DNA from: Candidatus Latescibacterota bacterium
GTDB lineage: Bacteria; Latescibacterota; UBA2968; GCA-2709665
Reading direction: 5' to 3'
Length of the DNA: 64,000 nucleotides
Assembly: GCA_963667175.2 (NCBI GenBank)
Contig: CAXXXF010000002.1
Span: 256,001-320,000, forward strand
Shown here: piece after piece, positions 40,835-49,592 of the stretch
Numbering within the stretch: the first letter of the stretch is position 1
Layout of the letters: every line of letters starts with the position of its first letter
Notes under the pieces: model-generated
Told to the model about the DNA's origin: nothing
Seen by the model: the letters and a program-made list of their open reading frames with translations, nothing else
Database searches by the model: none
Translations under genes and position numbers: made by a program

Positions 40835-42331
40835 ATGAACGGGACAGATCAGCAACCGAAGATCCTGCTTACCGGCGCCACGGGATGCATCGGCGGGCGG
40901 CTGCTCGCGGCCCTGGAAGCGGGCGGACGCGCGGTTCGCTGTATGACGCGTCGTCCGGATGCGCTGACGGGTCAGGTCGGGCCGAACAGCAGCGTTGTCC
41001 GCGGCGACTGCCTGGATCCGGTTTCGCTGCAGGGCGCATGCGCAGGAATCGACACCGCCTACTACATGGTCCACTCGATGGGCGGCGGCGCAAATTTCGA
41101 GGCTCAGGACCGCGCGGCAGCCCGGAATTTCGGCGCGGCGGCTCGGGCTGCCGGGGTGCGGCGCATCGTCTACGTGGGCGGTCTGGGATCCTCCTCAGGC
41201 CTGTCCAGGCACCTGCGCAGCCGTCACGAGACCGGCGAAGTGCTTCGGGCGTCCGGGGTGCCCGTCATCGAGTTCCGCAGCGGGATCGTGCTGGGCGCCG
41301 GCAGCCTTTCGTTCGAACTGATTCGCGCGCTGGTCGAGCGGCTTCCGGTGATGGTCTGCCCATCATGGGTCCGCACGCCCACCCAGCCGATCGCACTGGC
41401 CGACCTGGTGGCGTACCTCGCGGCGGCGCTCGACCTGCCCCACGGGGCGAGCCGTCTGTTCGAGGTGGGCGGAGCGGACGTCGTGTCGTACCGCGACGTC
41501 ATGCACGAATACGCCCGATGGCGCGGTCTCCGGCGACTGCTGATTCCCGTGCCGTTGCTGACGCCGCGCCTGTCGAGTCTCTGGCTGGGTCTGACCACCC
41601 CGGTCTACGCGAGGGTCGGCCGCGAGCTGGTCGACGGACTCCGCACCGCGACCGTCGTGAATGACGCCGCGGCAAGAACCGCGTTTCCGATTCAACCGCT
41701 TGAGCTGGGTCCCGCGATTGTCCGGGCGGTTGAGGAAGAGGACGCGGCGTTCGCGGCCACGCCGTGGTCGGAGGCCACGCTTGCAGCCGCCACGCCCCTG
41801 CGCTGGGGCGGCGTCCGCATCCGCGGGCGGCTGATCCATTCGGTGTTCGTCGACCTGTCCGCCGCACCTGCTGCCGCGTTCGCCCCGGTCCGGCGCATCG
41901 GAGGCGCGAAAGGCTGGTACTACGGCGATTGGACGTGGCGCCTGCGCGGTCTGATCGATCGGATGTTGGGCGGGGTCGGCATGAGCCGCGGCCGGCGCGA
42001 CGCGGAGCATCTGGCCGCAGGCGAGGTTCTGGACTGCTGGCGGGTCGAGGTATACGAACCGGACGCCCGCCTGCGCCTCAGGGCGGAAATGAAGCTGCCG
42101 GGCCGCGGATGGCTCGAGTTCAACGTCACGCCGCGAGAGGGAGGAGAATCCAGGGTGCGACAGACCGCTGTCTTCGACGCGTTCGGCCTGTGGGGACGAT
42201 TCTACTGGCACGCCCTGTATCCGATTCACGTCCTGCTGTTCCGGGGGCTTCTCCGGAGCATCGCCAGACGCGCGGACCTCTCCACCCGGCCCCCTCTCCC
42301 AGGGGGAGAGGGGGAGCAGGAAAGGGGGTAG
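40835..42331 (+). CDS. SDR/NAD(P)-binding epimerase with a DUF2867-like domain
   Basis: LTGATGCIGG, AYYMVHSM, LRAEMKLPGRGWLEF. Confidence 0.88.
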   Translation: MNGTDQQPKILLTGATGCIGGRLLAALEAGGRAVRCMTRRPDALTGQVGPNSSVVRGDCLDPVSLQGACAGIDTAYYMVHSMGGGANFEAQDRAAARNFGAAARAAGVRRIVYVGGLGSSSGLSRHLRSRHETGEVLRASGVPVIEFRSGIVLGAGSLSFELIRALVERLPVMVCPSWVRTPTQPIALADLVAYLAAALDLPHGASRLFEVGGADVVSYRDVMHEYARWRGLRRLLIPVPLLTPRLSSLWLGLTTPVYARVGRELVDGLRTATVVNDAAARTAFPIQPLELGPAIVRAVEEEDAAFAATPWSEATLAAATPLRWGGVRIRGRLIHSVFVDLSAAPAAAFAPVRRIGGAKGWYYGDWTWRLRGLIDRMLGGVGMSRGRRDAEHLAAGEVLDCWRVEVYEPDARLRLRAEMKLPGRGWLEFNVTPREGGESRVRQTAVFDAFGLWGRFYWHALYPIHVLLFRGLLRSIARRADLSTRPPLPGGEGEQERG

Positions 42332-42574
42332 GTCCCGCGCCTTGCGGTTCCTTTTCTTGCCGGCGGCATAAAGCAAGAGCCAATTGAGCAAGGACGTCAT
42401 CTACCCTCTACCGCTCTCCCCGCTTTCAGTTTTTTTTTCCTTCTTCCTTCTTCCTTCTTCCTTCTTTATTGTGGTATTGTGCCGGCGTCTGAAATCGGGT
42501 ATTATTTGAAAAGGGGCCGACGGGGCGGAAGGCCGGGACTGAACCGAGTGGTTCTCGTATCGAGGGAGGCTGCC

Positions 42575-43249
42575 ATGGCGTATCGTATCTGCCTCACGCT
42601 GACGGGTCTGTTCGCACTTTCCGGGTGCTATACGCAGATTCGGCCGCCCGAATATGAAACGGATGGCCGGGTGGGCGCGGCGTTGCCTGCGGCTAACGAC
42701 ACCGTTGTTGTATACAAACAGTACGTGTACAACTATTTCGATCCGTACAGGTGGGAAGCAGCGCCGTATTTCGAACCGTACTTTCCGGGATACCCGTCCT
42801 GGGCGAGACGGGGCTTCCGGTGGAGACATTCCTACTGGTCTGCGGCATACGGACCGTGGTGGAGGGGATGGATGCGGCGGATTCTCACGCGTGGACGGTT
42901 AACCGCTCCCACGTACAGGTATCGCCCGGTCGAGACTGACCCCATCGATCTTCACGAACCGCGTCTGCGCATCAGATATACCGGATTGCGGGGTGGTGAA
43001 CCCGCATCGGCCGGCACAGTCCGGAAGGGAAGCGGGGTAAGAAAGACGACGCGACCGCGCCGTGGGACGATATCCGGCGCGACACGGGCAAATCCGAAAC
43101 CGGAGAGATCGGGCAGCGCGACGAGAACCGCCTCGAAACCGCGCGATTCGGGCGGCAGTAAGCCGTCTTCGCAACGGGAAGAAAAAAAGCAGGAGGAAAA
43201 GCGCGAGGAGAAACGAGAGAAACAGCGGCGCAGAGGGGGGATGCGATGA
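42575..43249 (+). CDS. Lipoprotein
   Basis: LSGC lipobox, Tyr/Trp-rich middle, basic tail. Confidence 0.7.
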   Translation: MAYRICLTLTGLFALSGCYTQIRPPEYETDGRVGAALPAANDTVVVYKQYVYNYFDPYRWEAAPYFEPYFPGYPSWARRGFRWRHSYWSAAYGPWWRGWMRRILTRGRLTAPTYRYRPVETDPIDLHEPRLRIRYTGLRGGEPASAGTVRKGSGVRKTTRPRRGTISGATRANPKPERSGSATRTASKPRDSGGSKPSSQREEKKQEEKREEKREKQRRRGGMR

Positions 43250-44529
43250 GGCGAGTCCATCCTCTTGCGCTGTTGCTGGCAACGTGCGCCCTGTCTGCGC
43301 CTCTCGACGCGCAGGAGGTCGCGCTGGATGGGTTTTCGGGAATCGGCGCGCGCGCAATGGGGATGGGGGGCGCGTACGTCACGGTATCGGATGATTTCTC
43401 GGGCCTCTTCTGGAACCCTGCCGGATTGGCAAGGGCCCAACGCGGGTCGATATCGTGGGGGATGTCGCACGACCGGTTTCGGAACGAATCGCAATTCTTC
43501 AGTCGGCCTTCCGCGTTTGAGCTGAACAGCACGCGCTTCGCATCGGCGGGCGTCGTCTATCCGGTTCCCGTCTACCGGGGCAGCCTGGTTTTCGCAGCGG
43601 GTTTCGGGCGCAACCGGCACTTCGACGGAGGATTGCGGATTGATGCGTACGATGACGTCGCCGACTTCGAAAAATCGGGTTTTTCGGAAGACCGGGGCGC
43701 CTTCGGCGCGTGGACGATTGGCGCCGCAGTGGACGTGGCGCCGCGCCTCTCCGCGGGTGTTTCTCTGTACAGGTGGCGGGGAACCAACCGGTTCATGCAG
43801 GAATTGACGCTTGAAGACGTGCAGCAGGTCCACGTGGACACGGTACGTCTTTATCAGCGATTCGAATCCGACGACGAGTTTTCTGCGCTGGGGCTTCAGG
43901 GCGGCATCCGGTTCTGGCGCCCGTCGAATTTCCGGATTGGCGTAACGATTTCCGTGGCGACTCCCATTCGCGTGTCGGCCGAAGTGGCGGATGAGTTCGA
44001 AGATACGTACGAAGATCGGAAAGATACCTATCCCCGCGACTATTACGTGGACAGGTACGAGATACGGCAGCCGATCTCACTGGGATTCGGTCTGGGATGG
44101 GCCTCGAAGGGACTGACGTTGAGCGGCGACGTGCATTACGGGGACCTTCAGGAGGCCACCTACAACGTCCGGGCGCGGAACATCACGCCGCACGTGGACG
44201 ATTTCCGCCGGCAATACCGAAACGCGGTGCGGATCCATCTGGGCGGCGAATACGCGTTTCCCGGGAGGGGCCTCGCGTTGAGGGGCGGCTACTATCGCGA
44301 CCCGGTCCGATACGTTGGCGGCGGTTCCGTGCCCGACGTGCGAATCGAGACGGACCGCGATGCCTGGACATTTGGCATCGGCGCTGAGCTGGACCGGTAT
44401 TTCGCGCTGGACGTGGCCGCTGTGTTCGGCGGGTACAGGCAGACGGAAGGCAATCGCGAAGACAGGGTGCGTACGGTACGCGCGCTGGTTTCGATGCGTG
44501 TCAACTTCGACGTGGAACGATATCGCTAA
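43246..44529 (+). CDS. FadL/TodX-like outer-membrane beta-barrel
   Basis: GARAMGMGGA..DDFSGLFWNPAGL. Confidence 0.8.
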   Translation: MRRVHPLALLLATCALSAPLDAQEVALDGFSGIGARAMGMGGAYVTVSDDFSGLFWNPAGLARAQRGSISWGMSHDRFRNESQFFSRPSAFELNSTRFASAGVVYPVPVYRGSLVFAAGFGRNRHFDGGLRIDAYDDVADFEKSGFSEDRGAFGAWTIGAAVDVAPRLSAGVSLYRWRGTNRFMQELTLEDVQQVHVDTVRLYQRFESDDEFSALGLQGGIRFWRPSNFRIGVTISVATPIRVSAEVADEFEDTYEDRKDTYPRDYYVDRYEIRQPISLGFGLGWASKGLTLSGDVHYGDLQEATYNVRARNITPHVDDFRRQYRNAVRIHLGGEYAFPGRGLALRGGYYRDPVRYVGGGSVPDVRIETDRDAWTFGIGAELDRYFALDVAAVFGGYRQTEGNREDRVRTVRALVSMRVNFDVERYR

Positions 44530-44620
44530 GTCCCACCCGTCAAATAACTTAGTATGATACAAAAGCCACCGCCGATTGCGTACAATCGGCGGTATTGTCG
44601 TTGAGGCATGGAACGACTCT

Positions 44621-45019
44621 TCAAACGCCTTCCAATTCACCGAGTTTGCGTCTTATCAGACCCATCAGGCTCTCCAATTGCCGCACCGCCTCAGCACGAT
44701 CGAGGGTTGGGGGCACAACTTCCTCGCCCGTATAGCGAAACTCCACGGCAAACGGAGTGTATGTAGCCAGACTTCGGTAATTCCCGGCTTCAGCATTCAG
44801 TTCGATTAACCGATCCAACAGATAACCCAGATCATGAGTGAGAGGATAGATTTCGCCGAGCAGTGAGAGCCAGGCCTTGCAGAGCTTTTCCGCGCCCTGC
44901 TGTACGTTGAAACCGAAGTTTTCGTCAGGGAAATCGGTATTGGTGGCCATAAGGCGAACCGTCGTCAGGTCTCGCGCGGCGGCTTCGATCAGAGTGCGGG
45001 CCTGTTTAACGTCGTTCAT
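44621..45019 (-). CDS. HEPN-domain protein
   Basis: QQGAEKLCKA, THDL, VEFRY. Confidence 0.85.
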   Translation of the reverse strand: MNDVKQARTLIEAAARDLTTVRLMATNTDFPDENFGFNVQQGAEKLCKAWLSLLGEIYPLTHDLGYLLDRLIELNAEAGNYRSLATYTPFAVEFRYTGEEVVPPTLDRAEAVRQLESLMGLIRRKLGELEGV

Positions 45020-45341
45020 AAAGCACCCGTCCTTCTCGTAGGGCTCGCGCTACGACGTTGTTGAGGGAGTCACGCCAATACTCGACTCGTTCCCGGCTGT
45101 AGACCAGAATGTCCTTGGGAACCTGAAAGTGAGACAGTGCATCATAGAGCCTGATTCCCTCTTCGTATCTCAACTTCGCGTTCGCGAACGGTTCTGACTC
45201 AATGACCAGAAAATCCACGTCAGAATCGTACGTAGCAGTACCGCGAGCGTACGAACCGAACAGAATCACCTGTTCGGGATCGGCTTCGTCGACGATGGTT
45301 CTTACCATCTCGTCCAGAAGGGCGTCTGTAACCTGTGTCAA
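45006..45341 (-). CDS. Minimal nucleotidyltransferase (MNT)
   Basis: LFGSYARG..DSDVDFLVI. Confidence 0.88.
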   Translation of the reverse strand: MTQVTDALLDEMVRTIVDEADPEQVILFGSYARGTATYDSDVDFLVIESEPFANAKLRYEEGIRLYDALSHFQVPKDILVYSRERVEYWRDSLNNVVARALREGRVLYERR

Positions 45342-45381
45342 CTCTTCACCTCGTACGGTCGTCTAATCAGCTATGCAGTTG

Positions 45382-46677
45382 TTATGCCGCTGCATCGCGT
45401 ATGTTCGCACGCGTTCCATGAATATCGAAACAGGCGTACTGATTGTCTCGCATGATCCGGTTCGCAACGTCCATCGCCTGTTTCTCACTCAGATATCCTT
45501 CAGCGACTTCCGCCTCCAGCCCGCGGCGAATTTCATTCCGGGCCTGGATTGAATACGCGAGCGCGCCCGTGGGCCAGCCCGTGTCGCCCCCGAACGCGAA
45601 CAGCTTGTTGGCCGGGACGGCGTGCAGGAATCGGCGTAGAAAGTCCCTCGAACTATAGGGATCGATGCTCCACGCCCAGCAGAGGTCGACCCAGATGTTC
45701 CTGTAGTGCTTGGCCAGGGCGACCAGTTCATCGTTATACGGGTAGGCGATGTGCATCAGGACGAAGCGGGCGTCCGGGTACCGTGCGAATAACGCGCACA
45801 TGTTCCCGGCGGCGATCCGACTCACAGGCATGCGGTCGTTGCCCGCGTAGGTTCCCGTGTGGATCTTGAACGGCAGGTTGTGTGCGACGGAGAGTTCCAC
45901 GCCGCGCGCCCAGCACCAGTCACCGAGGCAAAGCCGCGTCTGCTCCGGGACGTCTTCGTCGGCCCCCTGCAGTATCCTTTCGAGCGCGCGGGCTGCCTCC
46001 GGGTCGTCGCGTTCACGCCAGTGCAGGGTCCGGCTGTACGCGTGCTGAGCCTTCACCGCGATGGCGCAGTCCGCGTATTTGGAGAAGATGCCTTCCATCG
46101 CCTGTTTGAGGGTTTCGAGACCCGTCACCTCGACGTTGGTCTCGGCGTGGATCTGCTCGAGATCGACCTGCCCGTTGCAGAACCCCGCCCATGAGAGATC
46201 GTAAAGGAAGAAATCGGGCCCTGAATCATCCGGCAGGCATGCCCATTGGAAATCGTCCGTCTGAACGTGATCCAGGTTCGCCGCGTCGCGCAGCAGGCGC
46301 AGTCGTTCCCCGGGACGCCGAAGTGCGTGTATCCTTTCCTGAGCGGACGTCATGGCGTCCGCTGTTAGAACGTCGATGCCGTACACGTGCCTGGCGATCA
46401 ACCGCACCGCTTCTCCGTATCCTGTAAACTGCGTCGCTTCCCAGGCTTCCCGGATGCCCTCGAACCGCCCGGCGATGTCCGCATCCGACCCATCCATCAA
46501 CCGCTTCATGGCCGCAGGAGAGGCGCCGGCCGTGTGAAGGTCGGCCGGGACGTAATTTCCGAACAGGTCCTGCAGGATATCGGGGCCTTCGTCGACCCAG
46601 TCCGGTTCCTTTCGCAGATGCTCGTGCGTATCGACCAGGGCGGTTTCCTGAATATGATGCGTCAGGTCGGTGTACAT
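45382..46677 (-). CDS. Amidohydrolase-family protein
   Basis: DTHEH, KIHTG, LMH, FGGD. Confidence 0.85.
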   Translation of the reverse strand: MYTDLTHHIQETALVDTHEHLRKEPDWVDEGPDILQDLFGNYVPADLHTAGASPAAMKRLMDGSDADIAGRFEGIREAWEATQFTGYGEAVRLIARHVYGIDVLTADAMTSAQERIHALRRPGERLRLLRDAANLDHVQTDDFQWACLPDDSGPDFFLYDLSWAGFCNGQVDLEQIHAETNVEVTGLETLKQAMEGIFSKYADCAIAVKAQHAYSRTLHWRERDDPEAARALERILQGADEDVPEQTRLCLGDWCWARGVELSVAHNLPFKIHTGTYAGNDRMPVSRIAAGNMCALFARYPDARFVLMHIAYPYNDELVALAKHYRNIWVDLCWAWSIDPYSSRDFLRRFLHAVPANKLFAFGGDTGWPTGALAYSIQARNEIRRGLEAEVAEGYLSEKQAMDVANRIMRDNQYACFDIHGTRANIRDAAA

Positions 46678-46723
46678 TGGCTGTCCCTTTTTACGGCTCA
46701 GGCGCGGCGCGACGGATGCGTCG

Positions 46724-47332
46724 TTACGATCCTGTCCAGGGCGGAAACAGGTCGTGTTCGATGTTCAAAAGATTCAGGATCCGCCCGGCGACGAAATCCG
46801 CCAGGTCGTCAAAGGTCTCGGGCTTCTGGTAGAATGCCGGCATGGCCGGCACGATTGCGGCGCCCGCCTCGGCGACGGCGGTCATGTTCCGGAGGTGGAT
46901 CAGGTTCATCGGCGTTTCGCGGGGAACCAGAATCAGCGGTCGGCGTTCCTTGAGCGTGACGTCCGCGGCCCTTTCGATCAGGTTTCCCGACGCGCCATGT
47001 GCGATATTCGCCAGGTATTTCATTGAACACGGCACGACGACCATGCCCCGCACGCCCACGGACCCGCTCGCGACCGCCGCCGCCATGTTGCCGATCTGGT
47101 GGACGATCACGCTCCCGTTCGAAACCGCGGCGCCGTACCGATCAGCAAGAAAACCCTCAAATTCGGACTGCTTTCCCTTGAATCCCCCTTCCTCCCTCAG
47201 CAGCATCCACCCGAATCCGGATACAATCAGGTGTACCTCTTCCCCGTTCAGCAGCAGAGCGCGCAGGGTCCGAAGGGCATAGATGGCCCCGCTCGCGCCG
47301 GTTATCGCAACCGCAATCCGGTTCACCGCCAC
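46724..47332 (-). CDS. ubiX: Flavin prenyltransferase
   Basis: ITGASG, ASGS, PCSM, RAADVTLKERR, PRETP. Confidence 0.93.
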   Translation of the reverse strand: MAVNRIAVAITGASGAIYALRTLRALLLNGEEVHLIVSGFGWMLLREEGGFKGKQSEFEGFLADRYGAAVSNGSVIVHQIGNMAAAVASGSVGVRGMVVVPCSMKYLANIAHGASGNLIERAADVTLKERRPLILVPRETPMNLIHLRNMTAVAEAGAAIVPAMPAFYQKPETFDDLADFVAGRILNLLNIEHDLFPPWTGS

Positions 47333-48183
47333 AACACGTCTCCAAGCGTAAAGGCGAAATAGACGGCGCTGATCGCGGCATTCACGTTCACGAATGCCAC
47401 GCCGAGCCGGGAAAGGTCATCCGGCCTTACCAGCCGGTGCTCGTACACCATCAACACCGCCACCACGATCAGTCCTGCCATGTAGATGACTCCCAGCTCG
47501 AAAAACGTTCCCACCGCGGACATCAGAAGAAAGGAAATCGCGTGGAGAATCCGCGCGACGACCAGCCCCCGGGGTATTCCAAAGCGCTGCGGAATCGAAT
47601 AAACCCCGTGACTGCGGTCAAACTCCACGTCCTGGCATGCATAGATGATATCGAACCCCGATACCCACGTTAACACGGCGCCGGCCAGCAGCAGGATCCC
47701 GGCGTCAAGGCGCCCTGTAATCGCAATCCATGCGCCTACGGGCGCCAGAGACAGCGCCAGACCGAGAAATAACTGCGTGGCCCACGTGAATCGTTTGGTG
47801 TAGGAATAGAAGAAGACAATGCCCAACGCCACTGGAGAAAGCGCGAAACACAGCGGGTTCAGTCGCCAGGCGGCGACGATCAGCGCCAGGGAGGAGATCG
47901 CGATCAATACGCGCACGGCGCCCGGCGAGATCAGGCCGCGCGGCAACTCTCGCGCCGCGGTCCTGGGATTCGCCGCGTCCATGTCCCGGTCCACCAGCCG
48001 GTTGAACCCCATCGCCGCGCTTCTGGCGCCCACCATCGCCACGGCGATCCAGAACACCTGCACCAGGCTGATATCCGCTTCCAGCGCGGCCAGCGCCGCG
48101 CCGCTGAAGGCAAACGGAAGGGCGAAGACGCTGTGTGAGAACTTGATCATTCGCCCGTAGGTAAGAATATGATCAACGATCAT
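47323..48183 (-). CDS. ubiA: UbiA-family polyprenyltransferase (MqnP-like)
   Basis: IKFSHSVFALPFA, NRLVDRDMDAANPRT, DIIYACQD. Confidence 0.88.
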   Translation of the reverse strand: MIVDHILTYGRMIKFSHSVFALPFAFSGAALAALEADISLVQVFWIAVAMVGARSAAMGFNRLVDRDMDAANPRTAARELPRGLISPGAVRVLIAISSLALIVAAWRLNPLCFALSPVALGIVFFYSYTKRFTWATQLFLGLALSLAPVGAWIAITGRLDAGILLLAGAVLTWVSGFDIIYACQDVEFDRSHGVYSIPQRFGIPRGLVVARILHAISFLLMSAVGTFFELGVIYMAGLIVVAVLMVYEHRLVRPDDLSRLGVAFVNVNAAISAVYFAFTLGDVLWR

Positions 48184-48445
48184 GGGTGGGACTCGACGTA
48201 TACCTGGCCGTCTGCAAAAGGGTTTCGTTATCGCGGTCCGGTGTGTGCAGGGAGTTGGCGGATGTCTGCGGCCACGAATCCCTGCCTTGCGCAGGTGCCA
48301 ACGGCTTGTCGAAGGCCTGTCGAACGGTCGAGAGTTATCCAGGGTGCGCAAATTGCGGGCATTTCGACATTTCGACAAGCTCAATGCAGGCATGCTCAAT
48401 GACCACGCATTGGAAAGACCGTCTCGACAGGGTTGCTACGACAAT

Positions 48446-49525
48446 TCACCCGCCGAGGGCCGCGCCGACTGCCTCATCGATGCGCGTCATGTCGGCGTCC
48501 GTCAGTTCAACCCGCGCCGCGTTCACGTTGTCCTCCAGGTGTCGCATTTCAGTTACGCCTGCAATGACAGACGGCACCTGCCCATTGGCCAGCAGCCAGG
48601 CAATCGCGAGTTGCGCGAGGGAGATTCCCTTCGATTCCGCCACCGCCAGCAGCCCTTCAACGGCCTCCAGATAGGGTTCGGTCAGAAACTCGGCCTCGTC
48701 GCCGTCGTCGATGATCCGTCCTGACGCCTCCTCCAGCCTTCCCTTGCGGTACCTGCCCGTGAGCAGGCCGCTTGCGAGCGGATAGTAGGGGATCACACCC
48801 ACGTCAGCCCTGGCCGCCGCCTTCAGGAAATCCGACCCCCTGCCTCCGTCCTCGGACGCCACCGCGTCCTGTTGCACCAGATTGTAACGGTTTTGCACGG
48901 CCACGATCCGGCGTGACACGTCCTTGCCTACCCTTTCCAACGCAGCGATTACATTCGCCATCTGCTTCGCGGAGTGATTGGATACCGCCAGGTACCTTAC
49001 CTTTCCCTGTGATACGAGATCGTCGAACGCGCCCCATGTTTCTTCGATCGGAACCCGGTAGTCCCCGTCGTCGCCGGCGCCGCTCTGGTGCAGATAGAGC
49101 AGGTCGATGTAGTCCGTCTGCAATCGCTCCAGGCACTTGTCCACGCCAAAGTGGATATACGTCCTGGATGCGCCGAGTTGATTCGGCGTGAAGTCGGCCT
49201 CCATGGCGTGCTCCGCGCGCACCGGGTTGTGAATCTTGGTCGCCATCACGACCTGTTCCCTGACCGTACCTGGACGAGCGGCGAAATAACGCCCCAACAG
49301 ACGCTCCGAATTGCCCGACGCAAGATTGTAGGAACACGCGGTGTCCCAGTGAAAGACACCCAGTTCCAGGGCCCGGTCCAGGACCTCGAACCCCTTGTGA
49401 TCCCCGATGCGGGACCCGTCGTAAACCGGATCGCCCCACTTCCACGTTCCCAGCCCGATAACGGACACGAACAGGCCGGAGTTCCCGACACGCCGGCATG
49501 GCATGCCTCTGAATTCCTCTGCCAT
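48446..49525 (-). CDS. Aldo/keto reductase
   Basis: GLGT, DTACSY, LERLQTDYIDLLYLH, PLASGLLTG. Confidence 0.92.
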   Translation of the reverse strand: MAEEFRGMPCRRVGNSGLFVSVIGLGTWKWGDPVYDGSRIGDHKGFEVLDRALELGVFHWDTACSYNLASGNSERLLGRYFAARPGTVREQVVMATKIHNPVRAEHAMEADFTPNQLGASRTYIHFGVDKCLERLQTDYIDLLYLHQSGAGDDGDYRVPIEETWGAFDDLVSQGKVRYLAVSNHSAKQMANVIAALERVGKDVSRRIVAVQNRYNLVQQDAVASEDGGRGSDFLKAAARADVGVIPYYPLASGLLTGRYRKGRLEEASGRIIDDGDEAEFLTEPYLEAVEGLLAVAESKGISLAQLAIAWLLANGQVPSVIAGVTEMRHLEDNVNAARVELTDADMTRIDEAVGAALGG

Positions 49526-49592
49526 TTCACAAGCCTCCAATGGTGAATGGTTTCGATCATCGCAAATCGTACAACGTCAGCGGGCGCAATCG

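Noticed and set aside
42430-42470. TTCCTTC heptamer tract and similar 8-9-mer tracts (40605, 52420)
   Set aside because: Low-complexity intergenic repeats without spacers; not CRISPR
44570-44594. Similarity of spacers 19/26 to the CCGATTG..CAATCGG hairpin
   Set aside because: Short palindrome similarity only; the site looks like a terminator
48300-48385. GCTTGTCGAA...TTCGACAAGCTC inverted repeat
   Set aside because: Common intergenic palindrome class with no associated gene here
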